From Oculina patagonica (lineage: Eukaryota): a stretch of DNA of 63,506 nucleotides. Below are positions 1 through 33,316 of the stretch, piece after piece (positions within the stretch are counted from its first letter, which is position 1; every line of letters starts with the position of its first letter). A model generated the notes under the pieces. That model was not told where the DNA came from and ran no database searches. It saw nothing but the letters and a program-made list of their open reading frames with translations. The stretch covers positions 2,046,495-2,110,000 of the forward strand of contig NC_135759.1 of assembly GCF_052425735.1 (NCBI RefSeq). The letters are read 5' to 3'. The translations under genes were made by a program, and so were the position numbers.

Positions 1-66
1 TTACCCTCGGTAAGTGAACTAGCTTAAGTGCTAATGGGGCCGAGCATTCAAACATTAGAAACAAAT

Positions 67-274
67 ACCGTAAAATTCCGGTTATAAGCCCCCCGGTTAT
101 AGGCCCATCTACCTGGAAACAAAAAAATAATTCGATTGTAACCACCCCCCCCCCACCCGTTTTTTTTATTTCCGCTTATAGCCCTCCCGGATAGAAGCGC
201 CTCCGCTTATAAGCCCACCCAAAAACCCTTATGAAGTTGTATAAGCCCAGGGCTTATAACCAGAATTTTACGGT
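67..274. mobile_element. MITE, TIR TACCGTAAAATTC(C/T)GGTTATAAGCCC
   Basis: Terminal inverted repeats with TA ends; longer copy at 7554-7896. Confidence 0.85.
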
Positions 275-289
275 ATATTACAAATTAAA

Positions 290-430
290 CGTAACACGGT
301 TTAAAATCCCAACTGGCAGGAGGCATACCAGTTTGCTATTTACAAGCGCAGATAAGGAGTCGAATTCTGGTCTACCGTGAAACAACTCCAGGCAGTGGTC
401 AGAACGGGGCTTGAACCCAGGGCTTGACTT
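290..430 (-). mobile_element. Fragment of a tRNA-derived SINE-like repeat
   Basis: GGGCTTGAACCC is the reverse complement of a B-box-like GGGTTCAAGCCC; truncated. Confidence 0.45.
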
Positions 431-530
431 CAGGACTTTAAGGGAGATCCCCTTTAAATTCTCCCAACTAGTTCTGCAAGAAATGTATAGAGACTAGTAA
501 AGAGAAACTGTATATATTGACATAACTCAC

Positions 531-22229
<21,699 letters not shown>

Positions 22230-22344
22230 GACGCTGTTGCAGGTCTAAACCTTGATGATGAGACTTGTCTACAGTTGGTATTATTTGTTGTAGTTGCTCA
22301 AAGATGATGGATTTTCACGACAACCATTGGAAGCTTTGCAAGCC

Positions 22345-22357
22345 AAGATGGCGGCCA
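22345..22357 (-). promoter_or_regulatory. YY1-type motif (GCCGCCATCTTG on the gene strand) near the SNRNP200 transcription start
   Basis: CAAGATGGCGGCC ~120 bp upstream of the ATG; this motif is common at animal housekeeping-gene start sites. Confidence 0.6.
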
Positions 22358-22620
22358 AACGTTGTTAGTGCGTATTCTAATGGGAATGTCCGCTGGCCTT
22401 ATTTTTAAAAAAAAACTGAGTGGAGACTGGGCTCCAACACGCTTTCAGTCAGGCCCAGGTCCTGCTCCAATTGTTTTTTGTCTCTTGGCGCGTATAAAAC
22501 TTTATGTCATAAAACCTAAAGAATCGAAACCTAAGTCATTCACTACATTGTTATAAAACATCCCGGTTTTGTGACAAAACTTGATAAATGAAGAATTTTT
22601 TCTGAATTTTAGTCGTGTTC

Positions 22621-23013
22621 TTAAAGGGAATAATCAATATGTCGCGGGAATTACGCAGATTTTTGGTCTAAACTGTTCTGAAATAAGTGGTAGGCAACTT
22701 TACCCATCAAAGACATTGTCTTTGAACATTAATCTGAAGATATAACCTTTATTTGAGGATACAAATCAAACTTTGGCCTATAAATAATAATTTTTTGAAG
22801 GCGCGCGGAAACTACTTGAAAACGTTGGCTAACATTTTAAATTGCAATCCATTTCCATCCGAACCATCCGCGGCATAAGGCATTTTAAAACAGTTTTAGT
22901 GATCTAAAATAGCAATTTTTAATAAAAATGGACCATTATTTTTAAGTTTCCTACGACAAATATAAATTTTGGCTGTTCAAAAATCTGTTAAAATCCGTGA
23001 CATAGTCGCTTTA
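22621..23013. mobile_element. TTAA-flanked MITE (Kolobok/piggyBac-type target site)
   Basis: TTAAAGGGAA..ATGTCGCGGG ... CCGTGACATAGTCGCTTTAA; homologous to 6068, ~34960-35150 and 37181. Confidence 0.75.
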
Positions 23014-24982
23014 AATTCCCGTCCTATTTTATGACCATATTTTACATGTTTTTGGATTCTTTATGTGTTGTTTAAACTTTGGCGGCTTAGCTGACACGCT
23101 TCAGCGAAAAGGGACAACATTTTGTAGCATAGCTTTTCTAAACACCCTTTCCGCACAAGTTGAAAGCTTGACCTTGATAAGGATAATCCGCGAGAAGAAA
23201 GCACGCACAGAGTAACACATAAAAAGATCTAGTAACTCTGCAACTTGGGCTACGCACACTCATGAAATATGGGATGCAAATGTTGTTTTATTGTAAGAAA
23301 ATTTAATACATTTGCTGCAGTCGCCATGTGGTGACTGAAATTAAATGCTCGCTCGTTCCACCGTTCCTCATTTTCCGAGGCTCTCTATTTCCTTGTTGCA
23401 GCAAATTTATCTCGATTCATGACAAGTTTATCTTCTCAAGTTAGATAGGCGTGCGCCGGAAGTGACGTGTTATCTTCCTTGTTACTTCCTTCAGCTTCTT
23501 CCCTGATATGATGCCGGTTCTTGGCGGAAGTAGCTGACTTCGTTCCCAAGCCCTTCTCGGTATTCCAATTCAAGAACTGTAGAAAACGCGTAAGTATAAT
23601 AAGGTTGGGTGAAAAATAAGCTCGCAACTGCTCGTTCCTATCAGAACATAGTTGACTCGGACTTTTTTTTTTACTACCTTTAGAAACTCCACCAACTATA
23701 ATAAGTTGAAAAAATCTTTGAGCTCGCAACTTAATGAGCGCCTCTCGACATTTTTCCTTCTTTGGTCTATTTTGAATACGGCCACGCCCAGCCGAAGAGA
23801 AGCGGAAGTGCTGAAGACAATTACCGGTGAGACTAACAGCAAAACGAGGAAACATGTTTATATAATTGTTTCCTCGTTTTGCCATGGTTCCATGCTGTGC
23901 GGAAACACGGACTGTGTCTGCAGTGTAGCAGAAGCAAATTTTCCTTCTTGGAGACAAAAATTGATGGCTGGAAACAATACTTTCCGTGTGACAAAACTAA
24001 GAAACATTAGAGAAACATGCGTGCGCTACGAGTGTTTCTGGAAACATGTTTCCTCGTTTTGTCAGGCTTTAAGTTATCATTCAAATTGTCAGCTTGCACT
24101 GGGGATACTAGAAAAGAAAACTGTTTCCCATCTCGTCCTCAATTTTTGCAATTCTTTTAAATTGCTTTACTTTAACACTTTCTTTCTTTCTTTTATTCTT
24201 CTTATTCCTCAATAAAAGCGTTAATGTTATAGTAGTATTTTAAAAGTAATCAATGTTCCCCTGCCCCACTAGATCCGGTTCCGACTTCCGACTTGCAATA
24301 TAAAAACATTCAATCGTTTATTTGAAGCCGTTTGTTTTGTTTGTTTGTTTGTAGTTTGTGTGTTTTTTCTCGACATTAATACCACTAGGTCCACATACAA
24401 TCCCTTGATTTTAAGTAAAAATTCTCGCAACTCTTTCCTCTTCCTTTTTTAGACCACCATGCGTTAGAGAAAAGGAAATAGACAGATTGAAAGGCGTAAA
24501 AGTGATCTTTTTGAAAGAAACCGGACATGTTTTTAACCTGTCACCTGGCTGAAACAAAGGTTAACTGAATACGTGATGGTAGCTTAAAAAAGACAGCCCT
24601 GTAGGTTTCTACCCTGGATAAAAGTTTGCGTTACTTAATTGTGAGATTTACTTCAGAAAATCTGTTTGCGTAGCGCGATCACCTCTTGTTTTCATGATGT
24701 ACCTGATTAAGAATCATTCCCAAGCTTGCTTATTTGTTAATTGTCTATTTATTAATTGCTTATTTATTAATTGTCTAAAACATTCAACGAGAAATAACCT
24801 ATACGCAACACAATTTTTGTGATCATGTTTTTACACCGGAAGTCCTAGCTAAAAAAAATGTTTAACATCAGGAAATGGATATGGGGAGATTCAATCGTAT
24901 CAAATGTTGTTTTTGAAGAATCGCTTTTTGTTACAGGAAATAATTCAATATATTCAGTGAAACACAGGACGGTCCGAGGCGC

Positions 24983-24990
24983 ATATAAAT
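24983..24990 (+). promoter_or_regulatory. Putative TATA box of the cystine-knot gene
   Basis: TATAAATA ~100 bp upstream of a GTGAGT donor at 25092; next exon 25393-25458 has a CAG acceptor and GTATGT donor. Confidence 0.4.
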
Positions 24991-25452
24991 ATTCCCCCTC
25001 TGTAGGGTTTTCGGCATTTCCTTATCAACCTCACCGCGGAAAGAGACATCCAGTTTTCAAGAAGACTATTTCCTCGCTCAGTTTGCTATTTGGTGAGTTC
25101 AGTCTTTGTATCATGGCTGCAATTTTAGTAATTCATGAAACCATTTTAACTCGATCACCACTCGACACGCTAAAAACGACAATGACTCTCTTCATTTTCT
25201 AATAGCAAAGGAGAAAAAAGGTAGATAGATTTGCCAGAAAAACCATAAAAACGGGATGTATTTATACGGAATTAGCGAACGTGGTAGAGCCTAGCAAAGT
25301 CTTTGAAATATTTGAAGGTATTTTTGTTTAAGTAAGGAGTTATTCTGAACTAACACTGGCAACACACAATGTTTTGTTATTAATGTTCACAGGAAAACTG
25401 CTGCAGAACAGAATAGCTTTTACGCAGAGGAAAAAAGCCAAGGACATAAGAA

Positions 25453-26215
25453 ATGAAGGTATGTGCATATATAAAGTTTCTCAAATTCCAACCTCTATAG
25501 CACTAGCGCGCACAAAGGGCGCGCGCAACAGGCACGAAGGAAATTTTAAAAGACGTTCCTAACGAACGGCTGCCAAAGACACTTTCGCTGCTTAAATTCT
25601 TCTTAAATATGTAATTTAATCTTTAAACAATTTTCAAACAAGGATATGGAATATAATTCAGTTCTTTTAGCCTTCTCGTTGCATGAAAAGCGATCGTTTA
25701 TCTTGGCAATAGCGGGAAAGCTAACCGACCACGCAAAATAGAGAGAGAGGCGAGGAAACTGCAGTGTGGCCACTGTTCAGTATTTTTTTCAGCGCGCGAC
25801 GAAATAACTGTGCATAAAGAGTGTGGCTTATTTCAATTGAAAGGAAAACAGAACATATTTCTCAATGCTGTTTTATTTTGACTTTCCATTTCAGGGTTTC
25901 TCTGTTATGGCCGCTTGCCTTCTTCTCGTCGCCATTATCATCATTCCAGACCTGTCTTCCCAACGACGAATTCCAAGGCAGAAAGCAGGCAGCAATGGTT
26001 GTGTTAAGTACAGACATTGGCACGCCTCTGGTGTGATTGCCGTTTGTAGACATGTGTCTTTTCAATGCCTGTGTAATATTCCTAGGTACGGTTTCCCGAA
26101 ATGTCTGCCAGTATATGAGATGAGAACATACAATGTGATAAATGGCTGGAACAGAACCATCACTCTAACTGAACGGGTTACAGTTAATTGTAAATGTGAT
26201 TCATGTGAGGAATGA
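25453..26215 (+). CDS. Small secreted cystine-knot protein (IL-17/Spaetzle/Trunk-like pattern); coding exons 25453-25458 and 25895-26215
   Basis: ATG AAG|gtatgt...tttcag|GGT gives MKGFSVMAACLLLVAIIIIPDLSS (signal peptide), then a basic stretch and 8 Cys including CLPVY and a C-terminal VTVNCKC. Confidence 0.72.
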
Positions 26216-27303
26216 CCGACCTGACAATTGGAACTGCTTTAAGAAGATCCATGTACAAAAAATGCTAGTTTAAATTTAGAACTGAGTGCGACTAGCGAGA
26301 AGATTTATCCTCGCTTTTAAATTAAGAAGTTGAAGCGACCACGACAGCGACGCTGAGGACAACGTCGATTAAAAAGTAAATTTACATTTTACTTTTTTAC
26401 TTTACTTCACTTAATTACTTTTACTTAACTAAGAATCTTGCGATTGTTTGGATAAATTCAGTTTATCTTTTGGTGTCAGAACTTTCCTCAGCTGAATATT
26501 TTAAGACAACATTTAATCCCGAATACAAACTTTGAAAAATTCGCTGTTGTTGTTCACGTTCTCCTTACAACGCAGAATTTGATCATTTCACGTTGTTGTT
26601 GTTGTTTTTGATAGAACGGCAAAGAAATGTACAATGATTCATAACGCAAGTGCAGAGCTATTGTACACTTCATTTTAATATTTTGTTTACAACGACGTTC
26701 TCGTCGCCATTTTCTGCTGTGGTTTGCTTAAACATTATGTTTGCGCATTAAAGGTATCCTTAGCTATAACTATAGGTTTCCCAAGCGTTCGCTAGCCAAG
26801 AGTACCCATGGCAAAGTAAATTGCGAAATCGTAAACCAAACAATCTTAACGCTGTAAAACATCATTTCAAACGATCCCACAACTTTCTAATATGGTTTGG
26901 GGGATGAATAAATGGACATTTAAAGGTCTGTAAAGACGACGGGACGAGTTGTGTCCCAATATTTGGCATGCTTAAGACTTACAGGTTTCAGTGCGCAAAG
27001 ACGTTGCGATTTGACAGCGTCGAAGGCGTAGTCTCAGAGATTGGGGATGTAGTATGCGTTGTAGTGAATTAACCTGAAGTATATTCATTGCATTTAATTT
27101 ATTATGAGAGTAATTGACAAAATGACAAGGTTCAGTTTGACTACTGCGATAAATTTTATTCACTGTGTATCTTCGTATCCATGTAAAAACCAAGTCACTG
27201 AAATAAAAAGACTGTACATGTTGAATCGTTCAGTTTGTTTCAAATGTAAGACGGTGAGAAATGGGGATTGAAAAAGGGGGTAAGAAATCAACTAGTCTAA
27301 TGA

Positions 27304-27586
27304 TAGAGCGGTTTCACTTGAGTGTCGAAATTAGTTTGCGTTTGCTTTGGTTTTGCATTACTACGCTAAGAGATTGGTTTAAAAATCTCGCGTCAATTCT
27401 TAGCCAATGAGAAGTAAAACCAAAACCAATCGTGACTCGCTCACGCACGTTTTCCCGCGCTTCGTGCCAGCGACATGTATTTGTTTCGAGTTTTGATTGG
27501 CTGACTGAATTGTCTGTGTCCTTTGTGATGGGCCAGAGTAGTAACTTTGGATTTGGTTTTACTACACTCAATTGAAAACTGCTCTA
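27304..27586. mobile_element. High-copy MITE, TIR TAGAGC(G/A)GTTT
   Basis: Inverted ends TAGAGCGGTTTCAC..GTGTCG / ACACTCAATTGAAAACTGCTCTA; further copies at ~29612-29836, ~40153-40399, 53593-53872, 55749-55991. Confidence 0.88.
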
Positions 27587-28459
27587 GGCCTGTTTTAAAG
27601 CAGTTGGCCAGGCATGTAATTCTACAAAAAAGCTTGTTACGCCCCTGGTCGAGCATTCATTAATAAAATTATTTCAGCATCAAGTGATGTAGTGTAACAA
27701 TATCAATCAGTCAACGCAGAAGTGCCGTTGTGACCATTACCAGCCTTAATTAAAATTGCACAAATAAAATAGAAATTTGACACGCAAAACCTGGATATTT
27801 GCTTTGAAAGCATATCTAGTCGACATCTACTAAAGGAAAATTTATTAATTAAATCGATTAGAATTGGCGGTAAAAAACTTTCACTTACTTTCCTTAGTGC
27901 TGAATCTAACATAATAGAAGAGATAACAAAAGATCGAAGCTCTTAATATTCCCTTTATTGAATTCCATTCTAAACCTCACTTGGTGAAAATAATGAGTGA
28001 AAGTAGCGCACAAGTTGTCTACTTCAATGCATTATTATTTCAGTTCACTAACGAATTAACTGAGCTCGCAAATTGACAGGAAAGTATGAAAAGTTATGCT
28101 ATTTTCTATTCAGTCATTTTTTTCTTGCCTATAAGCGAGCATAAACTCTCCACTACGTACTTACTCTGGACAAAACCATCAGACCTTACTCCATCTTCTG
28201 TGAAAGCTTGGAACATCCATTCGTTTTCTAAAACAAAAGAAAAATCATTAAAACAGGCAAATGTATAAGTAAGGTTTAAGTGGAAGACTTCATCCGGTAC
28301 TAATTAATTGTCAAATTATTACATTGACAAGAAAAATAACTATAGTATAATTTTCCTGTGGTGCTTCACAGCAGAACAGTTTAACACGACACAGAGTCCA
28401 TAACGAGCTCCGCCGTCCACAGTCAGAGTCAGATTTAACAAGCCCTGAACTCCACAGCA

Positions 28460-29371
28460 ATGTATAACAACACAGATCAAAGCAATGATCCCACAGCAGG
28501 GAGCGAAAGTTTCGCCGCGTTTTATATCGTGGTTTGCGTCTTAAACGCGGTATTCTCGTTAACGGCGCTTGTTGGAAATTTTCTTGCCCTCGGCGCAATT
28601 TGGAGGACAGCAACGCTTCATCTACCAACAAATGTTCTACTTTTTGGATTGTCTTTGTCCGACCTGGGCGTTGGTCTTATTATTCAGCCGTTGTTCGTTG
28701 CGGTTGTGGCTTACGAATTGAGCTCAGGAAGATATCCAAGCGAACTGTGGCTAATCTTTAGAATAATACAGGCCGTCTTCGTCCCAGCTACCATCCTGAC
28801 CCTCACGTCTGTAAGTGTAGAAAGGTGCCTCGCTCTGTTACTGCATCTGAAATACGCTGCTATCGTTACCGTCAAGAAGACCATACTGGCTCTCTGCCTC
28901 ATCTGGGTAATAAGCGTGGTATACGCTTTAACAGTTGTTATAGACGGTGACACACATCGCCATATTGTCATAATCGTTATAGCCTTCTGCATCGTAATAA
29001 ATATATTAACGTATTCAACGATATATCGCATTTGTCGACGCCACCGAATTCAGATTCGAAATCAAGCACAGCGCAACAAGATCCCGAGGCCTTTGACATG
29101 AAACGCTACAGAAAATCTCTTTTCACTATGATAGTATTGCTAATTGTACTGATTATCTGTTATTTTCCTTATATTTTCTTGCGCGCTGTTTCTAGATCTA
29201 GCTTCACAAGTTGGTCCCCATCTTACAGGTCTTTGATGATGCGATGGTCAGCTATCGCTTGTTTATTTTAACTCGACCATCAATCCCCTGGTTTACTGTT
29301 GGCGACTGCCAGCAATGCGCGTTGCTATGAAACAGTTTTTGAAATCATTGGTTGATCGCCACGCAATTTGA
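28460..29371 (+). pseudogene. Single-exon class A GPCR (adenosine/melanocortin-receptor-like) with two frameshifts: pseudogene or consensus error
   Basis: GN, LSLSDLGVG, SVERC, CYFPY and NSTINPLVYCWR motifs. Relative to the 43758-44663 paralogue, -1 nt at ~29068 and a compensating shift at ~29254. Confidence 0.8.
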
Positions 29372-30669
29372 AGTCATTAGAGAGATTAAGCATGACGTTT
29401 ATTTTTCCCGCGAACGGCAAAATTTTAACTTCTGCCGCTCTCCGTTTGGCCCCTTACTCGGACTGAATGAGTAGTTTTGTGTTTGTTGCGAACGTGGGAT
29501 TTTTCTCCTATTTTTATGAAGGATTAATTTTAGAATTCGATAAAAAGGTAACGAATTGAAAGGCAAGCTCGCGTTTGCCATATTAACGTCATGCTAATCT
29601 TTCTATTTACCTTAGAGCGGTTTGTCGTGAAACCAAAACCAAAGTAAATTACTCTCAGGCTGGCCAATCACAAAGGACATAGACAATCCAGTGAGCCAAT
29701 CAAAACTCGAAGCAAATATATGTAGCTGGCACGAAGTGCGGGAAAACGTGCGCTGCGAGTGACGATTAGTTTTAGTTTTACTTCTGGTTGGATGAGAAAG
29801 TGGCGCTTGTTTTTTAAACCAATCACTGAGCGTAGTTTTTCAGTTTACAGCGGTCAAACGTCCCGCGCGTGGGCAGTTTCCGCCAAAACAGCTTCAAACT
29901 TCTCCATACAAACCTTTTAAATTTCCGAAAACTTTCGCTTTAAAGCCAAAAGTTAACGCCGTCCCTGGAAAGTTTAGGTTTATACGCTGCTTATATGCAT
30001 TGGAAATTTGCTAATTGATCTCCACTGAGTTTCCCAGCTTGAAATTTTCTTTCACCGTGCTATTTCTTTAACGTTTTCCTACAAAGCTAATGAGAATTTA
30101 TTTGATACTTAAGTGAAAACCGCTCTTGAACTTAAAACAGTTATTCAGTATAACAATATGTACAAATGGAACGATAGATAGATAACGAGTTCTAAAAGAA
30201 CATGAATATGTAAGATCAGTAACGATAACATGAAATAATTTTTTGTAATTAAGAAATTAAGTGCAATTAAGTCAACGCTGTAAAATATGTGTCTTATACT
30301 TACTCAAATAAAGTAAATAAACAGGCTTTCAAGATTTTTTTGGTCCCTGTTGAAAGTCAATCAATCATTAAAAAAACTCATCAATAATTCATAAAGGAAA
30401 TACAAAAGAAATTAATGTTTAATGAGTGTCTTTATATCTGATAAAGACACGGCTAAACTTTACGTCCAATTTTCTAGGCCAAAATAACCCCAAATCTTAA
30501 TATTAGTGCAAGAACGAGTTGATCAACATCAGAAGATTTTTAAGCCGTTCAATAAATTCGCAGTTCGTGTTTTATCAGTCTAAAACACTCGGCTGCGCCT
30601 CGTGTTTTAAACTTGATAAAACATTGCTGCTCATTTATTAAACATTACATCAATCATCAACCAGTCAGG

Positions 30670-30701
<32 letters not shown>

Positions 30702-30731
30702 CTAATGAACTTGTGGCCCCCTTAAAAATAA

Positions 30732-31019
30732 AAAAAGGCAGCCTCGAGCCAAGCGGCCCATACTGCCGGAGCTTATCCCGGTTTCTGTAGCATTAAGCAG
30801 CTAGGAATATTTCTATTCCCCCCTAAATGGGATGCTAGTCCATCGCAGGGTACCCCCAGCATTATGTCGCCAGTACCCATTTATACACCTGGGTGGAGAG
30901 AGCAACTGTGAGAGTAAAGTGTCTTGCTCAGAACACAACACAGTGCCCCTGCCAGGGCTCGAACCCGGACCGCTCGATCCGGAGTCTGGCACAATACCCA
31001 TAAGGCCACCGCGCCTCCC
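30732..31019 (-). mobile_element. tRNA-derived SINE
   Basis: Same family as 6363 and 15592; TSD CCCCTTAAAA. Confidence 0.88.
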
Positions 31020-31159
31020 ATCCCCTTAAAATAGCTGAGTATCAAATCAATAGTACAAATCATTAAGCATCAACTAATCTACCATCCTTTATTTAACGTG
31101 GTGATACGGTTAGCTATAGATACAACAACTTTTAAGCCACAGCTACCCTACGAGATAAA

Positions 31160-33070
31160 TAGATAGATAGTTTTATATTGAAGCTTTAAAATTGCAGCAA
31201 GAGGCTGAATTAGATAAAACTTTACAAATGTACAAATGTTAAACGCTAAAAAAATATCTAAAAGATGATCTGTTTACAAAAAAACAAGCTTAAAAAGTTG
31301 AATTAATTAAGTTAAAAAAGTTTAAAATACAAGTAAAAGCAAAAAGGAAAAAGACGACTATTTACAATTACTATTAAAAAAAACTGTTTTTCAACCTCTT
31401 CGTTTGCAATACGAACTTTAAGTTTATCAAGTCACGGACACTGACTTTTCCTAATTGGAAATATTTTTTATAAGATTAGCTTTATTTCGGTTAAGATTGA
31501 TAACTGTCGGCTCAGAATCGGAGAAAAATTAATAGGTTAGAGGAACTTTCCGATCGGAGACAGAACCAAACCGTCAAAGTGTTTCTGGATATAAACAATA
31601 ACCCTGAGCACAAATAAATTCCGCCCAACAAATGAATTTTAATCTAAGAAATAGCAGACGATTCCACATACCCGTCATTTTCTCCGATTCTGATTAATTT
31701 AAATTGATCACTTGACACGACCGTCCGAGAAAAATGCCCGGATGGATAGTGCTCGCACGTGAAAGTTTTTTGTAAAAAAGAGTGCCGGCAGACAAAAAAA
31801 GACACAAAAACCCCACCAAATCACTATTTAGTGGTTTCTTTTTTTTTTTCGTTTTTAAATTCGGCAAAGAGTTTTTATCACGAAAAGTAAAAAATAATTC
31901 ACGATGCTCGATTTTGAATGGGCGCACGGAAGAAAATAGTGGTGAAAAATAAAAACAATAGAGTGTTTCTTCTCGGAACTATCGGTCTGATAGTTGCTCC
32001 TTGGGAATTGATGTTCTTAAAACAGCAAGCGCCGAAGCTTCGCTTCTCGGCTAATATTTGTTTTAAGAACATCAAATTTCCGCGATAGATGACGAGTGGG
32101 AAAACTATTCTCATGGCGCGCCTTTGTAAGCCCTCCAGCTCCTCCGACAGATAGTTTAGGAGTGAATTGTGGAAAAATGGGGAAGCGTATTCTATGACTG
32201 ATCAGGCGCGTAGCTGAGGTTTTTGGAAGGGTGTTCGTATTGACAGGAATATTTATTGGGGGGTTATTAAATACGAGCGCCGAAGGCGCGAGCCTCTATG
32301 GGGGTCTGGGGGCATGTCCCCCCAGAATCATTGAATGTAGAGGCCCGGAAATGCTATTTTCAGCATTGTGCACGTCAATATTTCAAACTCGATGGAGTTC
32401 AAAATAACAGGTATTTTTAGTCATAACAACAAAATTTCCGGCATTTTGTTAACTTGATACATTCATACATACATACCGGCTTAGTACACTACATCTTAGG
32501 GTTAATGCTTAAGCCCCACCCCCTAGCCTCTCACGCAGTCCTTCTTAGGGGCGATCAACACGATCGCCCCTAAGAAGACTGCGTGGGAGGCTATCCACCC
32601 CCCGGCTCTACCTTCAATGTACTAAAAGAAGCGTCAAAGCGTCAATATGCACTAAATATGGACGTATCACCTGGGTCCCCCGAAATTGAGAGCCAGTGAG
32701 GAGAGCCCATTCTCCTAACAATTTAATACTTTCCCGATACTTTTAGCGTTTTCTTTAAAAGCTGCAACACTCAAAGTTTGTTTTCCATTCCCCCACTATT
32801 TGCTAAAAGCTGAAAATCAACAGTTTGTGTTTTCAGTCCTCTATTATTGACCTCCAAAGGGGGTCGTTCGAACCCCTCGAACCCCCCCCCCCCTCCTACG
32901 CGCCTGCTGATCGGATACATGTGGTGTAAAACGTCACAAGTTCCTTCGTTGCAACTCTCGCCCTCTTCAACTGCTTGAGAAAGTAGAGCCTTGCGAGATT
33001 TGCGGATTTTCCTGCACGGACAGTTTCAGATTTTGAAATGTTCAGACCAAGTAGCTTGTTATGGACCCAC
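31160..33070 (-). mobile_element. Decayed CR1/L2-type LINE 3' end, interrupted by insertions
   Basis: Minus strand reads RLYFLKQLKRARV..ELVTFYTTCIR|SVIEYASPFFH..YLSEELEGLQRRAMRIVFP across the insertion, typical of the region after the RT domain; simple-repeat tail near 31160. Confidence 0.75.
32203..32906. mobile_element. Non-autonomous DNA element inserted in the LINE; contains a small hairpin MITE at 32524-32593
   Basis: TIR CAGGCGCGTAG/CTACGCGCCTG with duplicated CTGAT; removing it restores the LINE reading IRSVIE. Confidence 0.8.
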
Positions 33071-33316
33071 TATAGCCTTGCCGTTTTAAAGGGAAATTTA
33101 AATAAATTTTATTTTTTACGCCTTTCATAAAGATATTAAAATTCAAGCAAGCAAACCGTCTACGATCTCCTACCGGTATAGTTGATAATGAGTATTAATC
33201 GGTTTGAAAATAGAAAATAAATTAAAACAGAGACCGATAATAAATATCGGCTGCCAAACCAGCCCTGATTTATCTATCCTCGTTCATTCAGTTTTCTAAA
33301 GATAAATCATTTATTA

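Noticed and set aside
23436-24215. 173-aa and 187-aa overlapping ORFs
   Set aside because: Non-ATG starts, no recognisable motifs; partly made of a GGAAACA-rich MITE also seen near 8470-8740.
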